From: a virus
Lineage: Duplodnaviria > Heunggongvirae > Uroviricota > Caudoviricetes
Direction: 5' to 3' (one strand)
DNA length: 64,000 nucleotides
Virus record (IMG/VR): IMGVR_UViG_643348549_000020
Every line of letters begins with the position of its first letter. The stretch's first letter is position 1. Below are positions 19,037-30,367 of this stretch, piece by piece. Under the pieces are notes generated by a model. That model did not search any database and was not told where the DNA came from. It was given only the letters and a program-made list of their open reading frames with translations. Position numbers and translations under genes: made by a program.

Positions 19037-22000
19037 TCAGCTGATACTGATGCCTGCGGTGGCTTTCTTCATCACCACAACCAGCAAATCGCTGATACTT
19101 GCTGTGGGATACCAGTTATTCACCAGCCATGCTGATACCGAAAACTCCAGCGTCATGTGACCGTGACCGGCAGGCATATCAATAACGCCACTGTAAATCA
19201 GCGTATTATCCAGCGCGGTACGGTTATAAATTTCAGCACCGTTTTTCCGCACTATCAGACGGCATGAGGAGTAAATATCAGTATGCTCTCTCTCATGCTT
19301 AGCGCCACTGAATGCCACCGCCGGAATAACAATCTGCCGGTCAAACGGCTGATCGTCATAAACCCTGACGGTAATGGTCCCTGATGGCCACCGCTCCGGT
19401 GCCCGGGAGTCCCGCGGAAAAGCCTTACCCACTGTTTTGACTATATCGCCTTCAATCTGGTTGGCTGACAGTTTCCCCTTAATCTGACAGTTCTCATTAA
19501 TTGTGACATTGTTGAGCGTCCCGGCGTTCGCATTCACACTGCCACTGATATCTGCATTTTTAGCGGTCAGCTTTCCGTCCGGTGTCAGGGAAAATGCCGG
19601 AGGATTACCGCCGCTGGTAATGGTGGGAGCCGTCAGGCGTTTCAGGAACACGTCGTTCATGAATATCTGATCGCCCTGACCAACAAACATCGGCTTTGTG
19701 TTGCCATTCGCAGGATTAATCATCGCAATCCTGTCTGCCGCCAGCAGCACCTGACTCTGCATTCCTGCTGGCGTATTCTCAATACCGGCACCGATACCCG
19801 CAATATAAAGGCGTCCGTCCTTCATCTGTTGCAGCTTCACAGCCCACATGCTGTTCAGATTATTATTTGTATCAACCTGAACCTTCTGTATCTGCTGGAT
19901 CGCTGCACTCTGGTCTTCCAGTTTCTTATTGACGGTCTGCGTGATTTCATTACTGACATCCGTGATGGACGTTCTGATTTCCGCCAGGTCAGGCGCAAGC
20001 TGACCGTTATCAATCTGAGTCCACAACTCCTGAGCCAGATGGGTTTTCCCTATCTCTCCTTTGAAAAAATCCAGATAGCCGGATGCATCATCACTCGGCT
20101 GGCCAACAGCCTCCACAAATGCCGATTTGCCAACGGTGTTCACACTGCGGATATAAAAGTAATAATCATGGCCCGGTTTGATATTGATACTGGCGGCTAT
20201 CCAGTACAGCCCCGTGCCAAGGTAGCGGGCTGTGGTTTCAACCTGCCTGATATCGGTAATCCGCGTTTCCGAAAACCAGAACTCAAACTGTACCGTCGGG
20301 TCATACACCGCAAGACGCGGGACCGCTGTTATCTGAAAATAGCCCGGTGTCAGCTCAATCTGTGACGGCGCTGCCGGTGCGGCAATCCGGAACGATACCG
20401 ACGCCGGATCGCCCTGCTGCCCCCACGCATTTACCGCCCGGACTGTCAGCCTGTAGTTCCCCGGCGCCAGTTGCGTGAAGCGGTATGTGGTTTCCGTCGT
20501 CCGGGCCGTGCTGACCAGCCGCTCACTGCCGTCATCCGCGACCACGGTCAGGCGAAGCATAAAGCTCACGCCCTTCACCACCTTCGGCGTGTCCCATTTC
20601 GCCTGCGCCAGATACTGACCGTCAGCTGCGCTCACCTCCACCGTCAGGTGCTGCACTGCCGGAGGGATGACGCTGTTCAGGGTGCCTGACTGCGGCTCAA
20701 AGCTGGCCCCGTTATCCACGATGGCTTCCTTTTCCGGTACGTGCTGCACCGCCGTGATGGCAAAGGTGCCGTCCGTGTTTTCCCGGATGGAGACACAGCG
20801 GAACAGGCGACGACGCAGTGACGGCAGGGAGAGTCCCCATACACCGTATGTCTCCACACCATCAGGCAGGGTGCTGACCTGTATCCGGTCCGGCGCGGGG
20901 TGTGCAGTGATGGCCACGCTCACCGGCTTACCGCTGCCGTTAATCAGGTTCACCGTGGCGGCACCTGTCTCCGGCAGGGTCACCTCACGGTCCAGTGTCA
21001 GGGTGCGGCTGGCGGCATCGATGGACAGGATACGTCCGCCGGTCATGGTCCCGGCATAGTCGTTATCACAGATTTCAATAATGTCACCGGGTGTGTGACG
21101 CAGCCCCTGTGACCCGAGCGTGAAATCCACCGTCTGCGTTTCCAGCAGTCCGGTCTTTATCACCCACAGCCCGGCACGGTGGGCCTGACCGCGACTGGTG
21201 CAACCGAACGCATCCATCTTCAGCAGGTTGCGCCCGTAGCGCAGTATGGCTTCCGGGTCTTCCACCAGTTCCGTGGAGGTCTGCCAGCCGTTCTGCGGGT
21301 CGGTGTAATTCACCTCCACCGCCGTGTGGCGGTCCTTCAGGGCGCTGAAGCTGTAGCGAAACCCCACGCCGTTATCATCCACCACCACATCGCTGCTGGT
21401 GTACGGCCACACCACATCCGACGGACGGTCCTGAACGAACGTCAGCGTCTGGCCGTTCCATACCGGCATACAGCGCATCGCCGAGCAGAAATCACTGAGA
21501 ACGTCCCACGCCTTACGCTGTTGTGACAGGTACGCATTAAAGGTCATCCGCGGCTCTGTGCCCCCGAAACCATCCGGGACCGTCTGGTCGCAGTACTGCC
21601 CGATGGCATACAGCGCCCACTTGTCAACATCCGCCGCCACCAGACGTTTTCCCATGCCGTAGCGCGGGTGAGTCAGCATGTCCCACAGGCACCAGGCCGG
21701 GTTGTTGCTGTATGCCGGTTTCAGGCTGCCGTCCCAGATGCCGCTGTACGTGCGTTTTTCCGGGTCATAGTTTGACGGTACCTGGATGATGCGACCGCGG
21801 ATATGGTAGTTCACCGTCATCTGCTGACCGCCAAACTGCTCCGCATCCACCTGCAGCCCCACAATCGCCGTGTTCGGGTAGCACTGTTTCACATCGATGA
21901 TTTCGGTGTATGACGACCAGAGCGTCTTATTCTGCAGCTGGTCCGTGGTGCTGTCCGCCGTCTCCCGGACCATCCGGATGTTAAAGGGCCGCTCAGGCAG

Positions 22001-22513
22001 ATTCTCCAGAATCACCGACGCCAGGTACTGTGAGGTGGTCTTGCCGTTAATGGTGACATCCTTTTCCGTCACCCAGTTACCGTTACGCTGCAACTGAATC
22101 AGCAGTCGGACAGAAGAGGGATTACGGTCGCCCTTTGAGGTGGTCTCCAACAGTGACTGCACCCCGAAGGTGACCCGCAGGCGGTCAATGTTCGCGGACG
22201 TAATGGTGCGCGTCACCGGCTTTGCTTTCGTCACTTCCACGCCCAGTGCGGTTTCCGCCCCGGAGGACTCAAAGCCTTCAGGTGGTGTCTGCTCCTGCTC
22301 CCCGGCGCGCCAGACCGCTGTCACACCATGTATCACAGGATTACCGTCCGTGTCCGTCAGCGGGGTTTTGTTCACCAGGATACTCTGCAGCCCCTTCACC
22401 GGACCTTCAATCGGCCCTTCACCAATGGCGTCAATCACGCTCATCATCTGCGTGGACTTAAGATTGTCCTTTGCCTCTACCGGCGTGTGCCCCTTGCCGC
22501 CCCCTTTACCCAC
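19037..22513 (-). CDS. J: tail tip host-specificity protein J
   Basis: About 1158 aa; strong similarity throughout to lambda gpJ ([20 protein letters not shown]... N-terminus); start set at GTG 22513 with GGAG Shine-Dalgarno. Confidence 0.9.
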   Translation of the reverse strand: MGKGGGKGHTPVEAKDNLKSTQMMSVIDAIGEGPIEGPVKGLQSILVNKTPLTDTDGNPVIHGVTAVWRAGEQEQTPPEGFESSGAETALGVEVTKAKPVTRTITSANIDRLRVTFGVQSLLETTSKGDRNPSSVRLLIQLQRNGNWVTEKDVTINGKTTSQYLASVILENLPERPFNIRMVRETADSTTDQLQNKTLWSSYTEIIDVKQCYPNTAIVGLQVDAEQFGGQQMTVNYHIRGRIIQVPSNYDPEKRTYSGIWDGSLKPAYSNNPAWCLWDMLTHPRYGMGKRLVAADVDKWALYAIGQYCDQTVPDGFGGTEPRMTFNAYLSQQRKAWDVLSDFCSAMRCMPVWNGQTLTFVQDRPSDVVWPYTSSDVVVDDNGVGFRYSFSALKDRHTAVEVNYTDPQNGWQTSTELVEDPEAILRYGRNLLKMDAFGCTSRGQAHRAGLWVIKTGLLETQTVDFTLGSQGLRHTPGDIIEICDNDYAGTMTGGRILSIDAASRTLTLDREVTLPETGAATVNLINGSGKPVSVAITAHPAPDRIQVSTLPDGVETYGVWGLSLPSLRRRLFRCVSIRENTDGTFAITAVQHVPEKEAIVDNGASFEPQSGTLNSVIPPAVQHLTVEVSAADGQYLAQAKWDTPKVVKGVSFMLRLTVVADDGSERLVSTARTTETTYRFTQLAPGNYRLTVRAVNAWGQQGDPASVSFRIAAPAAPSQIELTPGYFQITAVPRLAVYDPTVQFEFWFSETRITDIRQVETTARYLGTGLYWIAASINIKPGHDYYFYIRSVNTVGKSAFVEAVGQPSDDASGYLDFFKGEIGKTHLAQELWTQIDNGQLAPDLAEIRTSITDVSNEITQTVNKKLEDQSAAIQQIQKVQVDTNNNLNSMWAVKLQQMKDGRLYIAGIGAGIENTPAGMQSQVLLAADRIAMINPANGNTKPMFVGQGDQIFMNDVFLKRLTAPTITSGGNPPAFSLTPDGKLTAKNADISGSVNANAGTLNNVTINENCQIKGKLSANQIEGDIVKTVGKAFPRDSRAPERWPSGTITVRVYDDQPFDRQIVIPAVAFSGAKHEREHTDIYSSCRLIVRKNGAEIYNRTALDNTLIYSGVIDMPAGHGHMTLEFSVSAWLVNNWYPTASISDLLVVVMKKATAGISIS

Positions 22514-22753
22514 TCTGTCCCCCTCTCCTGTCTGATGTCTGAATCTGTTTATGCCAGAAAACAACAGGCACCCCGGAGGGTGCCTGTGTCATGACGGAAT
22601 AAAATTTCTGAAACTCTTCACATTTCCGGCAATTGCCTGTAGCCGCAATAATGACGCTGCGTTACTTTTTTGATGCCTGAAAAATAACTCCATAACGTTA
22701 ATCTTCATCGTTCTCTCCCGCAGCTCCGCTAACTCTGCGGGATTTTTTTATTT

Positions 22754-23431
22754 TCATCCCCGCCCGATAACCACCACTTTCCCGTCTCCGCCCTCATCAC
22801 GGGTACTGATGTCCTGGGAGATTCGCCGGGAGCCAACCAGCATTTCACCGTAAGGCACCGGCATCGGGTTCCCCTGAGCAATCATGTTATCCAGCGAGGA
22901 AAAGTACGTGTTCTGTCTGCCGTTATCCGTTGCGCGGTAATCCGGTGTTTTTGCCTTCGGGGCCAGCATCTGGGCCACACCGCCCAGAATCATGCTGGCT
23001 CCAAGTGAAAACAGCATCGTGGTGGCAGAAAAACCACCGGCTGCCAGGGCTGAACCCCATAACGCCATTGATGCCCCGGCAGTGAAGAAAGAGCCCACGA
23101 TGGCTGCCGCCCCCAGCACAATCTGCAGTCCACCCTTTCCGGCCCCGGCCAGTCGCGGCACAATGTGGATGACCGTTCCCTCACCCAGCTGTTCGTGAAG
23201 ACGGGCGTACACCGCCTCCGGTGCCGTGTCCTCACCGCGAATACGTATCTGGTACCAGCCTTCGTTCATCTGACGGCGGAATCTCGGCATCTGCAGCGAC
23301 AGGGCACGGATGGCTTCCGCTGCCGTGTTCACGTACAGGCTGAGGCGGCGGCCAAATCGTTGCAAATCCCCGTGAAGGCAGATGCGTGCCAGTGGCGGTG
23401 ACGCCAGACAGAATGCGTTCGTCGTTGCCAT
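22754..23431 (-). CDS. I: tail assembly protein I
   Basis: 225-aa ORF in lambda gene order upstream of J; hydrophobic Gly/Ala-rich middle segment. Confidence 0.8.
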   Translation of the reverse strand: MATTNAFCLASPPLARICLHGDLQRFGRRLSLYVNTAAEAIRALSLQMPRFRRQMNEGWYQIRIRGEDTAPEAVYARLHEQLGEGTVIHIVPRLAGAGKGGLQIVLGAAAIVGSFFTAGASMALWGSALAAGGFSATTMLFSLGASMILGGVAQMLAPKAKTPDYRATDNGRQNTYFSSLDNMIAQGNPMPVPYGEMLVGSRRISQDISTRDEGGDGKVVVIGRG

Positions 23432-24072
23432 TTTTCAGAATACCTCTCCCGTTTACTCAGTTGTTCAGGCAGATGGTGAAGCAGTTCACCGTTGCCGCAG
23501 TATATGGCGGCATGATTGGCCACCGATGCGCCAAAGCAGCACAGCAGGATATCGCCCGCCTGTGCAGAGGACAGGGGCACCCGGTAAAAACCAGTCGCCG
23601 CCATATTGTCCAGGTAAAGGTTCTGACCGTTGCGCCACCAGTCATCCTCACGCACAAAATCCGGCAGCGTTATCCCCGCCAGATGGTATGCATCCCGGAA
23701 CAGGGTGTAACAGTCCGTCACCCCGTGCTCAAAACGACGCCCGGTCAGGTGCGGCACACAGCGGAATTTGTGAATTTCCCCCCGGCAGACCAGCCACCAG
23801 GGCAGGGCACTCTTTATCTGCAGCCGCCGGTCGGCCTCGCTCAGCCAGGGCAGACCACCAGGGTGGCTGTGAACCAGCGCCACAATCTCCCCCTGCATCT
23901 CTGCCTGCAGCCAGTCTTCCGGCGCAATACGAAAATACGCCTCCGGCTCTGCGGAGATATTCACGCAGGGCTGGTACCGTTCGCCCTCCGGGGTGCCTAT
24001 CACGAAGCCGCACGACTCCGCAGGCGCACACCGCCGGGCATGCACCAGAATCGCTGATTCAGTCTGTGTCAT
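23329..24072 (-). CDS. K: tail assembly protein K (JAB/MPN + NlpC/P60-like)
   Basis: Start set at ATG 24072 (MTQTESAIL...); HSHP motif typical of gpK-like JAB domain. Confidence 0.8.
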   Translation of the reverse strand: MTQTESAILVHARRCAPAESCGFVIGTPEGERYQPCVNISAEPEAYFRIAPEDWLQAEMQGEIVALVHSHPGGLPWLSEADRRLQIKSALPWWLVCRGEIHKFRCVPHLTGRRFEHGVTDCYTLFRDAYHLAGITLPDFVREDDWWRNGQNLYLDNMAATGFYRVPLSSAQAGDILLCCFGASVANHAAIYCGNGELLHHLPEQLSKRERYSEKWQRRTHSVWRHRHWHASAFTGICNDLAAASACT

Positions 24073-24082
24073 AAAACAGGAT

Positions 24083-24781
24083 TTACTGCGAAAGTTTATT
24101 GATGGAAAGGAAACCGCCAAAATTAGCCACCATGCCGCGCATCTCACACCCGCGCATGCACTTGCTGCATCTGTCCTTACGGATATCCGTGGTGGGGTTG
24201 TCGAACTCATCCGCCACCGCAGGACCGTTATACCCGCATTCATCTCCCCGGTAATCCCACATACAGGTGTTCGCCAGCATGATGCGACCAGGAAACAGCG
24301 CCCCGTCCGTCTCCGTCGGTGTTGCCAGCACAAACGAGGCCGTCATGGCCGTCAGCTCTGACATCTGCTCCACCACCCACCGGTCAGTCAGCTCCTGCTC
24401 CGGGTCGGCCTCCGGATTGCCTGCCACAAAGTTCACCGCATCCAGAAAACGCGCATACACCCGGCGGCGGACCACCGTGGCACCCACCAGGCTCTGCAAA
24501 TCCTCCGCCATCCCGGTGACAAGACCGAACAGATTGGACACCGTCAGCGACGGGCGGGCACTGCTGCCCTTTCCGTTCATCTCAAAGCCGCTGCCCTCAA
24601 TCGGGTACGCCTGATATTCACGCCCCTGCCAGGTCACCGGCACCCCTTTTTCATTCAGCTCATTGCAGAAAAAATACCGCTCACCGCCCTGCGCCGTCAG
24701 GTCGATTTCCCAGAGTACCACCCGCGGTGACTGCTCTGATTTAACCGACTCGTTCAGACTTTCTTCGTGAATATCCTGCAT
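24083..24781 (-). CDS. L: minor tail protein L
   Basis: 232 aa; lambda gpL-like with C-terminal Cys cluster; gene order M-L-K-I. Confidence 0.85.
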   Translation of the reverse strand: MQDIHEESLNESVKSEQSPRVVLWEIDLTAQGGERYFFCNELNEKGVPVTWQGREYQAYPIEGSGFEMNGKGSSARPSLTVSNLFGLVTGMAEDLQSLVGATVVRRRVYARFLDAVNFVAGNPEADPEQELTDRWVVEQMSELTAMTASFVLATPTETDGALFPGRIMLANTCMWDYRGDECGYNGPAVADEFDNPTTDIRKDRCSKCMRGCEMRGMVANFGGFLSINKLSQ

Positions 24782-25110
24782 CAGTTCACCACCTGCTTAA
24801 ACTCCGCGCTGAACTCAACGCGCAACATCCCGACCCGCGCAGACCACCCGGCACAGGTCACCTTTATCTGCCGGTATGCATAGGGTGGCTTCCACAAAAA
24901 TGCCTTCCAGCCTCCGTGCTCTGCCAGGAACGCTTCCAGATGCCGGGCCTCCTCCCGGGTCACGGAAAGCGTCACACGGTATGTTTTCAGGTCAGCATTC
25001 AGCCCTGCCGCCATACGCTGTGAGTACCCGTCACCAAAACGCACTTCACGCACCGACGGCTGCGAGTTCACCTCCATATCCGGCTTCACTTTCCAGCGAA
25101 AGGTTTTCAT
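24781..25110 (-). CDS. M: minor tail protein M
   Basis: 109-aa ORF in the gpM position. Confidence 0.85.
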   Translation of the reverse strand: MKTFRWKVKPDMEVNSQPSVREVRFGDGYSQRMAAGLNADLKTYRVTLSVTREEARHLEAFLAEHGGWKAFLWKPPYAYRQIKVTCAGWSARVGMLRVEFSAEFKQVVN

Positions 25111-27752
25111 CGCCCGCTCCCCGATAACATACCGCCATCACGCAACTGCAGCCGGAGCTCATCCTGCGCCCCCTTGCGGGCCATGTCATACACCGCCTTC
25201 ATCAGCTGCGGCCCCGCCTGTCCGTTGGTGCCGTCGTTCTGAATCACCACGTGATTGTTCTGATTAAAATTAATACCTTCCGCCCGCCGCATCTGCGCCG
25301 GACTTCCGGCACCACCCACATAACCACCTTCCGCATAGCCGCGCATCAGACGGTAAAGATTCCCCACACCTATCCGGCTGGTTGCCTCTTTCGTGAAAAC
25401 AAACTCCCCGCGGTGAACTATCCCCGCAGGCTCATATTTGCCGCCCGTCCCCGTAAATCCTCCGGTCGCGAAATGGAAGTTCGCCGCCGCAGCCTCAATG
25501 GCCGTCCCCGAGGAAGCAGATGCACCACCACCGAAAGCACCGCCAATGGCGCTGCCGATACTCCCGACTATCCCCACCATCGCCTGCTTCAGAAAAATCT
25601 CTGTCAGCATGGAGAGCACAGAACGGGTGAAACCACGCCAGTTCTGTTCGCTGCCGGTCAGCATCGCTGCCATATTCTGTGCAATACCGTCAAAGGTCTG
25701 CGTGGCCACGCTTTTAACCTGCGAAAAACTGTCCGTCGCACTTTCTGCCCACTCGCCCCAGCCGGACTTCAGACCGGCCATCCAGCTTCCACGAAGCTGC
25801 TCCTCCGCAGACCAGGTGTTCTTCAGTGCCGATGTGGCCTTCGCCAGCGCATCCGGATTATCACCGTACACGTCACGAAGGCGCTGCTCTTCCGACTCCC
25901 GCTGCGCCTGACGGTCGGTGAGGCCCCGCGCCTGGGCACTGATTGCCGCCTGCTTCGCGCCCTGCTGCTGCTCAAACCGCGCAGCCTGCTGTGCCAGCTC
26001 ATTCAGCCGTTTCTGGTGTTCAACCTTGTCGCCCAGGTCAGCCAGCTGGCGTTTGTACTCCAGCGTCTCTTTCTCATGGGCCAGCAGGGATTTTTCCTGC
26101 CAGGATAACTGCCGTTTCGTGGCAGCCTCTTTCAGGACCGCATACTGACTTTCCGCCTTCCATAAATCACGGCGCTGCCGGCTAATTTTCTCATTCGCAC
26201 CGCTGTGTTTTTCCAGCGTCCTGAGCTCAGCTTCAAGGGCAAGCAGAGCCTCTCTTGCCTGCTCCTCTTCCCTCTCCCCGGCAGAGCGCGTTTTCGGTGA
26301 TGTATGCTTTTTACCTGTCAGCTCTTCAGCCAGACGGCTGACGGCTTCCTGCTGCCCTGGACCTTTGCTGACGCCTGTTGCACGCGAGCGGTTGATGTAC
26401 CCTATTTCCCCCTGGCGTATACGCGCATCCCGTTCCGCAATGGATTTTCTCAGCGCCAGTTCATCGCGTTTTGTTTTCTCAATAAATACGCGGTTCTCTT
26501 CTGCCAGTTCACCAAACAACGCACCAACGCCGGGCACATTCTTTGTCGTTTCCCAGGCTGACTGAATAAATTCAGCCAGCGCCAGATCCCCCTGCACAAG
26601 CAGCAGCTTCACTTGTTCAACGGTTCCGGCCACCACGTCAGTGATCAGACTGAGTGCCCCCAGTGTATGATCACCTATCCATGCCCATGCGTCAGAAGTC
26701 CAGGTTTTAACATCGTCCCAGATTTTTTCCACCGGCGTGGCCGCTTTATCAAGTTGCTCCAGACGTGCATTCATGACATCCGCAAACAGGGACATCGCCT
26801 CCGTCACCGCAGCCTGTTTACCTTTCGTGCGCTCAAGCTCATCAATATGGCGTAACTGGGAAACGCTCAGGAAGTTATACTGCTGATTCAGGGAGGCCAG
26901 CGCCTTCACCGGATCTGCTGCAATCCCTTCAAAGGCTTTTTCCACCTTCCCGGCATCGTCCCCCACCGTCTGCAGCCATCTCTGAGAGGTTTCCCCCATG
27001 ATCCGTAGCTGCCCGGCGGTATATTTCCCGCTTTCTGCCAGACGGGCCAGATTTTCTGCCGCCTGTCTGATACCACCACCGGCTTCATCGCTGATCACCC
27101 CGGCCATTTTCCACAATTCTGCCGTTGTGGTGGCAGCCGCCCCTCCGGTCAGGATCAGTGAACGCAATAAGGCCCGATCAGCCTGCTCTGCCTGCCAGGC
27201 GGCGGCAGCAAGCGCGGCCAGTACGGCAACCCCGCCACCTGCCGCCACACGGGCCACCGACATAAATCGTCCCAGCTCACCGGCATTCCGGGCATTTTCA
27301 GCCAGTGCATTTGCCGTATCTGACAGCGACTCCTCTGATGATTCAGAGGCATCCCTGATCCCGAGAAGTTCCTCCTTCAGCAGGGTAAGCAGGCTGAGCG
27401 GTCCACCGAATGAATCGCTGATCTGCCCCCCCTGCTGCAGCATGATAAGGAAGGGATTCTGACCACCAGCAAGCTGAGTGACAATATCCGTGAACTGTGC
27501 GGGCAGTGTGCGCATGGCAGCCTTATACTGTCCGACTGATATCCCGGCTTTTTGTGCAGCCAGCGCCTGTCGGCTCAGACTCTGCTCAGCAGCATCAGCC
27601 TGTTTTCTGAAAGACTGACTGACTTTCCCGGACATCAAATCAGCAAGCGCACTGGTTTCACCCAGCTCTTTTTTTACCCGCGCTGCCTCTTCAGAAAAAC
27701 GGGCAGAATCCAGTGTCAGCACGGCTGTCAGATCGGCAAAATTACCTGCCAT
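25107..27752 (-). CDS. H: tail tape measure protein H
   Basis: About 881 aa; similar to lambda gpH along its length; start set at ATG 27752 with AGGAGG Shine-Dalgarno. Confidence 0.9.
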   Translation of the reverse strand: MAGNFADLTAVLTLDSARFSEEAARVKKELGETSALADLMSGKVSQSFRKQADAAEQSLSRQALAAQKAGISVGQYKAAMRTLPAQFTDIVTQLAGGQNPFLIMLQQGGQISDSFGGPLSLLTLLKEELLGIRDASESSEESLSDTANALAENARNAGELGRFMSVARVAAGGGVAVLAALAAAAWQAEQADRALLRSLILTGGAAATTTAELWKMAGVISDEAGGGIRQAAENLARLAESGKYTAGQLRIMGETSQRWLQTVGDDAGKVEKAFEGIAADPVKALASLNQQYNFLSVSQLRHIDELERTKGKQAAVTEAMSLFADVMNARLEQLDKAATPVEKIWDDVKTWTSDAWAWIGDHTLGALSLITDVVAGTVEQVKLLLVQGDLALAEFIQSAWETTKNVPGVGALFGELAEENRVFIEKTKRDELALRKSIAERDARIRQGEIGYINRSRATGVSKGPGQQEAVSRLAEELTGKKHTSPKTRSAGEREEEQAREALLALEAELRTLEKHSGANEKISRQRRDLWKAESQYAVLKEAATKRQLSWQEKSLLAHEKETLEYKRQLADLGDKVEHQKRLNELAQQAARFEQQQGAKQAAISAQARGLTDRQAQRESEEQRLRDVYGDNPDALAKATSALKNTWSAEEQLRGSWMAGLKSGWGEWAESATDSFSQVKSVATQTFDGIAQNMAAMLTGSEQNWRGFTRSVLSMLTEIFLKQAMVGIVGSIGSAIGGAFGGGASASSGTAIEAAAANFHFATGGFTGTGGKYEPAGIVHRGEFVFTKEATSRIGVGNLYRLMRGYAEGGYVGGAGSPAQMRRAEGINFNQNNHVVIQNDGTNGQAGPQLMKAVYDMARKGAQDELRLQLRDGGMLSGSGR

Positions 27753-27795
27753 CGTGGTCACCTCCTGAAATGTCCTCTGATACCATCAATAACTG

Positions 27796-28104
27796 TCACA
27801 ACCTCCTTCCCTCCTCCCCGAAACGGACTCCACCGGCGAGGCCCGCCGCCTTCTGCATCAGTACATCATTTTCGTCCGGCGTCTCCGCCTGTCCTTCCTC
27901 TGCCTCCGGAGCGAACAGGCTGAAATCCGCCGGATGCATATCCGGATCGCAAAAAAACAGGCTGAGTACGGCGTACATCAGCCCGGAAAAATGCATATCC
28001 AGCTGGGTATCCTGAAAATAATGCGTGCAGTAAAAACGTCGCCAGTCGGCATATTCGGTGGATGTCATCCCGGCAAGCATGGCGCGCCAGTCGGCTCTCC
28101 CCAT
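27796..28104 (-). CDS. T: tail assembly chaperone T segment (expressed as G-T fusion by -1 frameshift)
   Basis: ORF in -1 frame relative to G; reading through the slippery site joins ...SKK of G to ...AFEGELNFVLKLAREMGRADW... Confidence 0.65.
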   Translation of the reverse strand: MGRADWRAMLAGMTSTEYADWRRFYCTHYFQDTQLDMHFSGLMYAVLSLFFCDPDMHPADFSLFAPEAEEGQAETPDENDVLMQKAAGLAGGVRFGEEGRRL

Positions 28105-28130
28105 CTCACGCGCCAGTTTCAGGACAAAGT

Positions 28131-28553
28131 TCAGCTCGCCTTCGAATGCTTTTTTGATGTTACCGGCTCAGTCGCTTCTGTTTTCCCGGTTGGTTCAGGA
28201 TCGGCATCGTGCCGGTTATCCAGCATACCTGAAAGATAAAGCACCCGGTTCGTTGCCTGATTCAGTGCATCAGCAGGCCATCCCAGCATCACTTCACGGC
28301 GGATCTGCTGCATCTCTGTCTCCGGAGAGGCCAGAGTGCCTTTGAGGGAATGGGAATGCCATAGCGACATCGCCACAAGCAGGGATGCCGTTTCCAGATA
28401 TCGCTGGTTAATGCGCACGACATCATGCTTCGTTGTCTTCTGTTGTTCTGCGTCTGAAACAAACTTCATATAATCAAACCGCTGCAGCGCAGACAATTCG
28501 GAAAGCGTGACGGACACACCGTTATATTCAAATTGTTCTGTTTTCAGAAACAT
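28131..28553 (-). CDS. G: tail assembly chaperone G
   Basis: 140-aa ORF upstream of T, between V and H as in lambda. Confidence 0.75.
   Translation of the reverse strand: MFLKTEQFEYNGVSVTLSELSALQRFDYMKFVSDAEQQKTTKHDVVRINQRYLETASLLVAMSLWHSHSLKGTLASPETEMQQIRREVMLGWPADALNQATNRVLYLSGMLDNRHDADPEPTGKTEATEPVTSKKHSKAS
28149..28155 (-). other. programmed -1 ribosomal frameshift slippery heptamer A_AAA_AAG (G to G-T)
   Basis: Minus-strand AAAAAAG in the G frame as A AAA AAG, 5 codons before the G stop; -1 shift enters the T frame. Confidence 0.55.
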
Positions 28554-28566
28554 GTATTACCTCCGT

Positions 28567-29319
28567 TTACCCTGCAGCGCCCGCTTCAGTAACGGTGACT
28601 TCAGCCACTGCGGCGAACTGACCATTTCCGCTCACCACAGGGATCTGCACCTTACCTGTCGCCACGCCGTTTACCGTAATTGTCATATCTTTCACACTAA
28701 TGGTGGCTTTCGACGGATCGGCGGAAACCGCTCTGAACGTCTTGTCGGTTGCACTTTCCGGCTCAAAAGAAACCGTCAGGGTGGTTGTTTTCCCTTTTGC
28801 CACCGTACCGGATGTCGGTGTCACCTTAATTGCAGTGGCCGGCGTAATTTCGCTGCGTTCTTCCGCCACGGAAGGTTTGCCCACGTTAGTGACTTTCACC
28901 GTGCGGGTGATCACTTCTTTCGCCGTCACGGCCTTACCGATACTGCTGACCCAGCCACGGAACACATCCACCGTGCCATTTGGGAAACGGATTTTATAGG
29001 CCCGCACATCCCCGCTTTCAAACCAGCCTATAAGCCCTTTCTGACCTTCTTCTCCCGGTTTCCAGGCCAGCGTAAAACTGGTATCTCCTGCAGACTTCTG
29101 CCCCTGCCCGGTCGCGGTCCAGTCCGCGTCTTCATCATCCAGGTAGTTATCATCGTAGGGTTCTGCCGTCATCTCGCCCGGCGTCAGATCCTTCACCTTA
29201 GCCAGTCGCTGCCAGTCATCGTCTGACAACGGGTTTGCATAAGCATCACCCTTGCCGTTGTAAACCCACAGAGTGGTACCGGCACCTTTTACCGGCTCAA
29301 GGGGATTTGGTGTTGCCAT
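28567..29319 (-). CDS. V: major tail protein V with C-terminal Ig-like domain
   Basis: 250-aa ORF in the gpV position with C-terminal Ig-like sequence. Confidence 0.85.
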   Translation of the reverse strand: MATPNPLEPVKGAGTTLWVYNGKGDAYANPLSDDDWQRLAKVKDLTPGEMTAEPYDDNYLDDEDADWTATGQGQKSAGDTSFTLAWKPGEEGQKGLIGWFESGDVRAYKIRFPNGTVDVFRGWVSSIGKAVTAKEVITRTVKVTNVGKPSVAEERSEITPATAIKVTPTSGTVAKGKTTTLTVSFEPESATDKTFRAVSADPSKATISVKDMTITVNGVATGKVQIPVVSGNGQFAAVAEVTVTEAGAAG

Positions 29320-29326
29320 ATCGTCC

Positions 29327-29725
29327 TCACATCTCGTAGGTAATTTTCCACAGGAGATCTGCCGATCCCCACATCATAAACTCATCATCCCGGCGGTAGT
29401 CATACCCCTGAAGATTCATCTTCAGCAGTAATGCACTGAGCCCGGGAACTGCCTCCAGCGCAGGAAGAATTTTTTCTTCCATCCACATATCCAGTGCCGA
29501 GTCCGGTTCTTTTGCCCTGAGAAAAACCTCAATATGCAGTGTCGCCTCCCAGGTTCCCTCATCAACGAACTCGTCAGCAGCAGACGCATCTGTCAGGTAA
29601 ACAGCAACAGCAGGCAGTTCCTGTTCATCAATAAAAACCGGGCGACCGTCAAACCAGCTCACCCTCTCAGAAATATTTTCTTTCAGGGCAGACAGAACTG
29701 CCGCCCGTATTTCACGGTGTTTCAT
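29327..29725 (-). CDS. U: tail terminator protein U
   Basis: 132-aa ORF in the gpU position. Confidence 0.8.
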   Translation of the reverse strand: MKHREIRAAVLSALKENISERVSWFDGRPVFIDEQELPAVAVYLTDASAADEFVDEGTWEATLHIEVFLRAKEPDSALDMWMEEKILPALEAVPGLSALLLKMNLQGYDYRRDDEFMMWGSADLLWKITYEM

Positions 29726-29737
29726 ACACCCTCCCAG

Positions 29738-30367
29738 TCATTTTCTTTTCAGCACCAGGCGTAACTGATGCGTCATGGCTTTCATCATCTGCGCCGGTAA
29801 TTTTTCCCGGTACATCCGGTCCCGTTCACGTTCAAAGGTTTCTGCCAGCGGTCCGGCAGTCGTAATCTTCACCACTTCGATCGGCAGACGGTGGCGTTTC
29901 GGCCTCCCTTTGCTGTCCGCGCCGGTGGATGATGATGCCCACGGCATACGCTGCATCACATGCCAGCGTCCGTTAGCCAGCCGGGTGATAAAGGCGTCCG
30001 GGATCCGTCTTTTCCCCACAATCAGCACACTGCCGCCCCCTTTCAGGGCCGCACGCTGTCCTTTCTTTCTCCGTTTTCTGCGGGAAAGTCGAACGCGGGC
30101 CTCCCCCAGTTTGATGGCGGGCAGGTTGCCGGTATTGATGTAAACCTTTGCGTAAACCTTATCCGGTCGTGCCGGACTTAACCGGATGCGGGCACGGATA
30201 AGACGACGGGGAACGGCCAGCTCCCTGGCAACTGAAGAGGCCGTTTTCGCAATAATGGCCCCCGCCACTCGGTTCAGTGTCATGGCAGAGGCCCGGGGAA
30301 CGGCACGGCGATCAATTGCATCCAGATTTTTCATGGCCTGCGCCAGACCTTTTATTGCCATACTCAT
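29738..30367 (-). CDS. tail completion protein Z-like
   Basis: 209-aa basic protein in the gpZ position. Confidence 0.65.
   Translation of the reverse strand: MSMAIKGLAQAMKNLDAIDRRAVPRASAMTLNRVAGAIIAKTASSVARELAVPRRLIRARIRLSPARPDKVYAKVYINTGNLPAIKLGEARVRLSRRKRRKKGQRAALKGGGSVLIVGKRRIPDAFITRLANGRWHVMQRMPWASSSTGADSKGRPKRHRLPIEVVKITTAGPLAETFERERDRMYREKLPAQMMKAMTHQLRLVLKRK

Noticed and set aside
23382-24074. Two overlapping 223-230-aa plus-strand ORFs
   Set aside because: Antisense to tail genes I and K, which have clear lambda-like sequence; composition typical of shadow ORFs.
25251-26185. Several plus-strand ORFs of 76-285 aa
   Set aside because: All lie antisense within the tape measure gene H; rejected as shadow ORFs.
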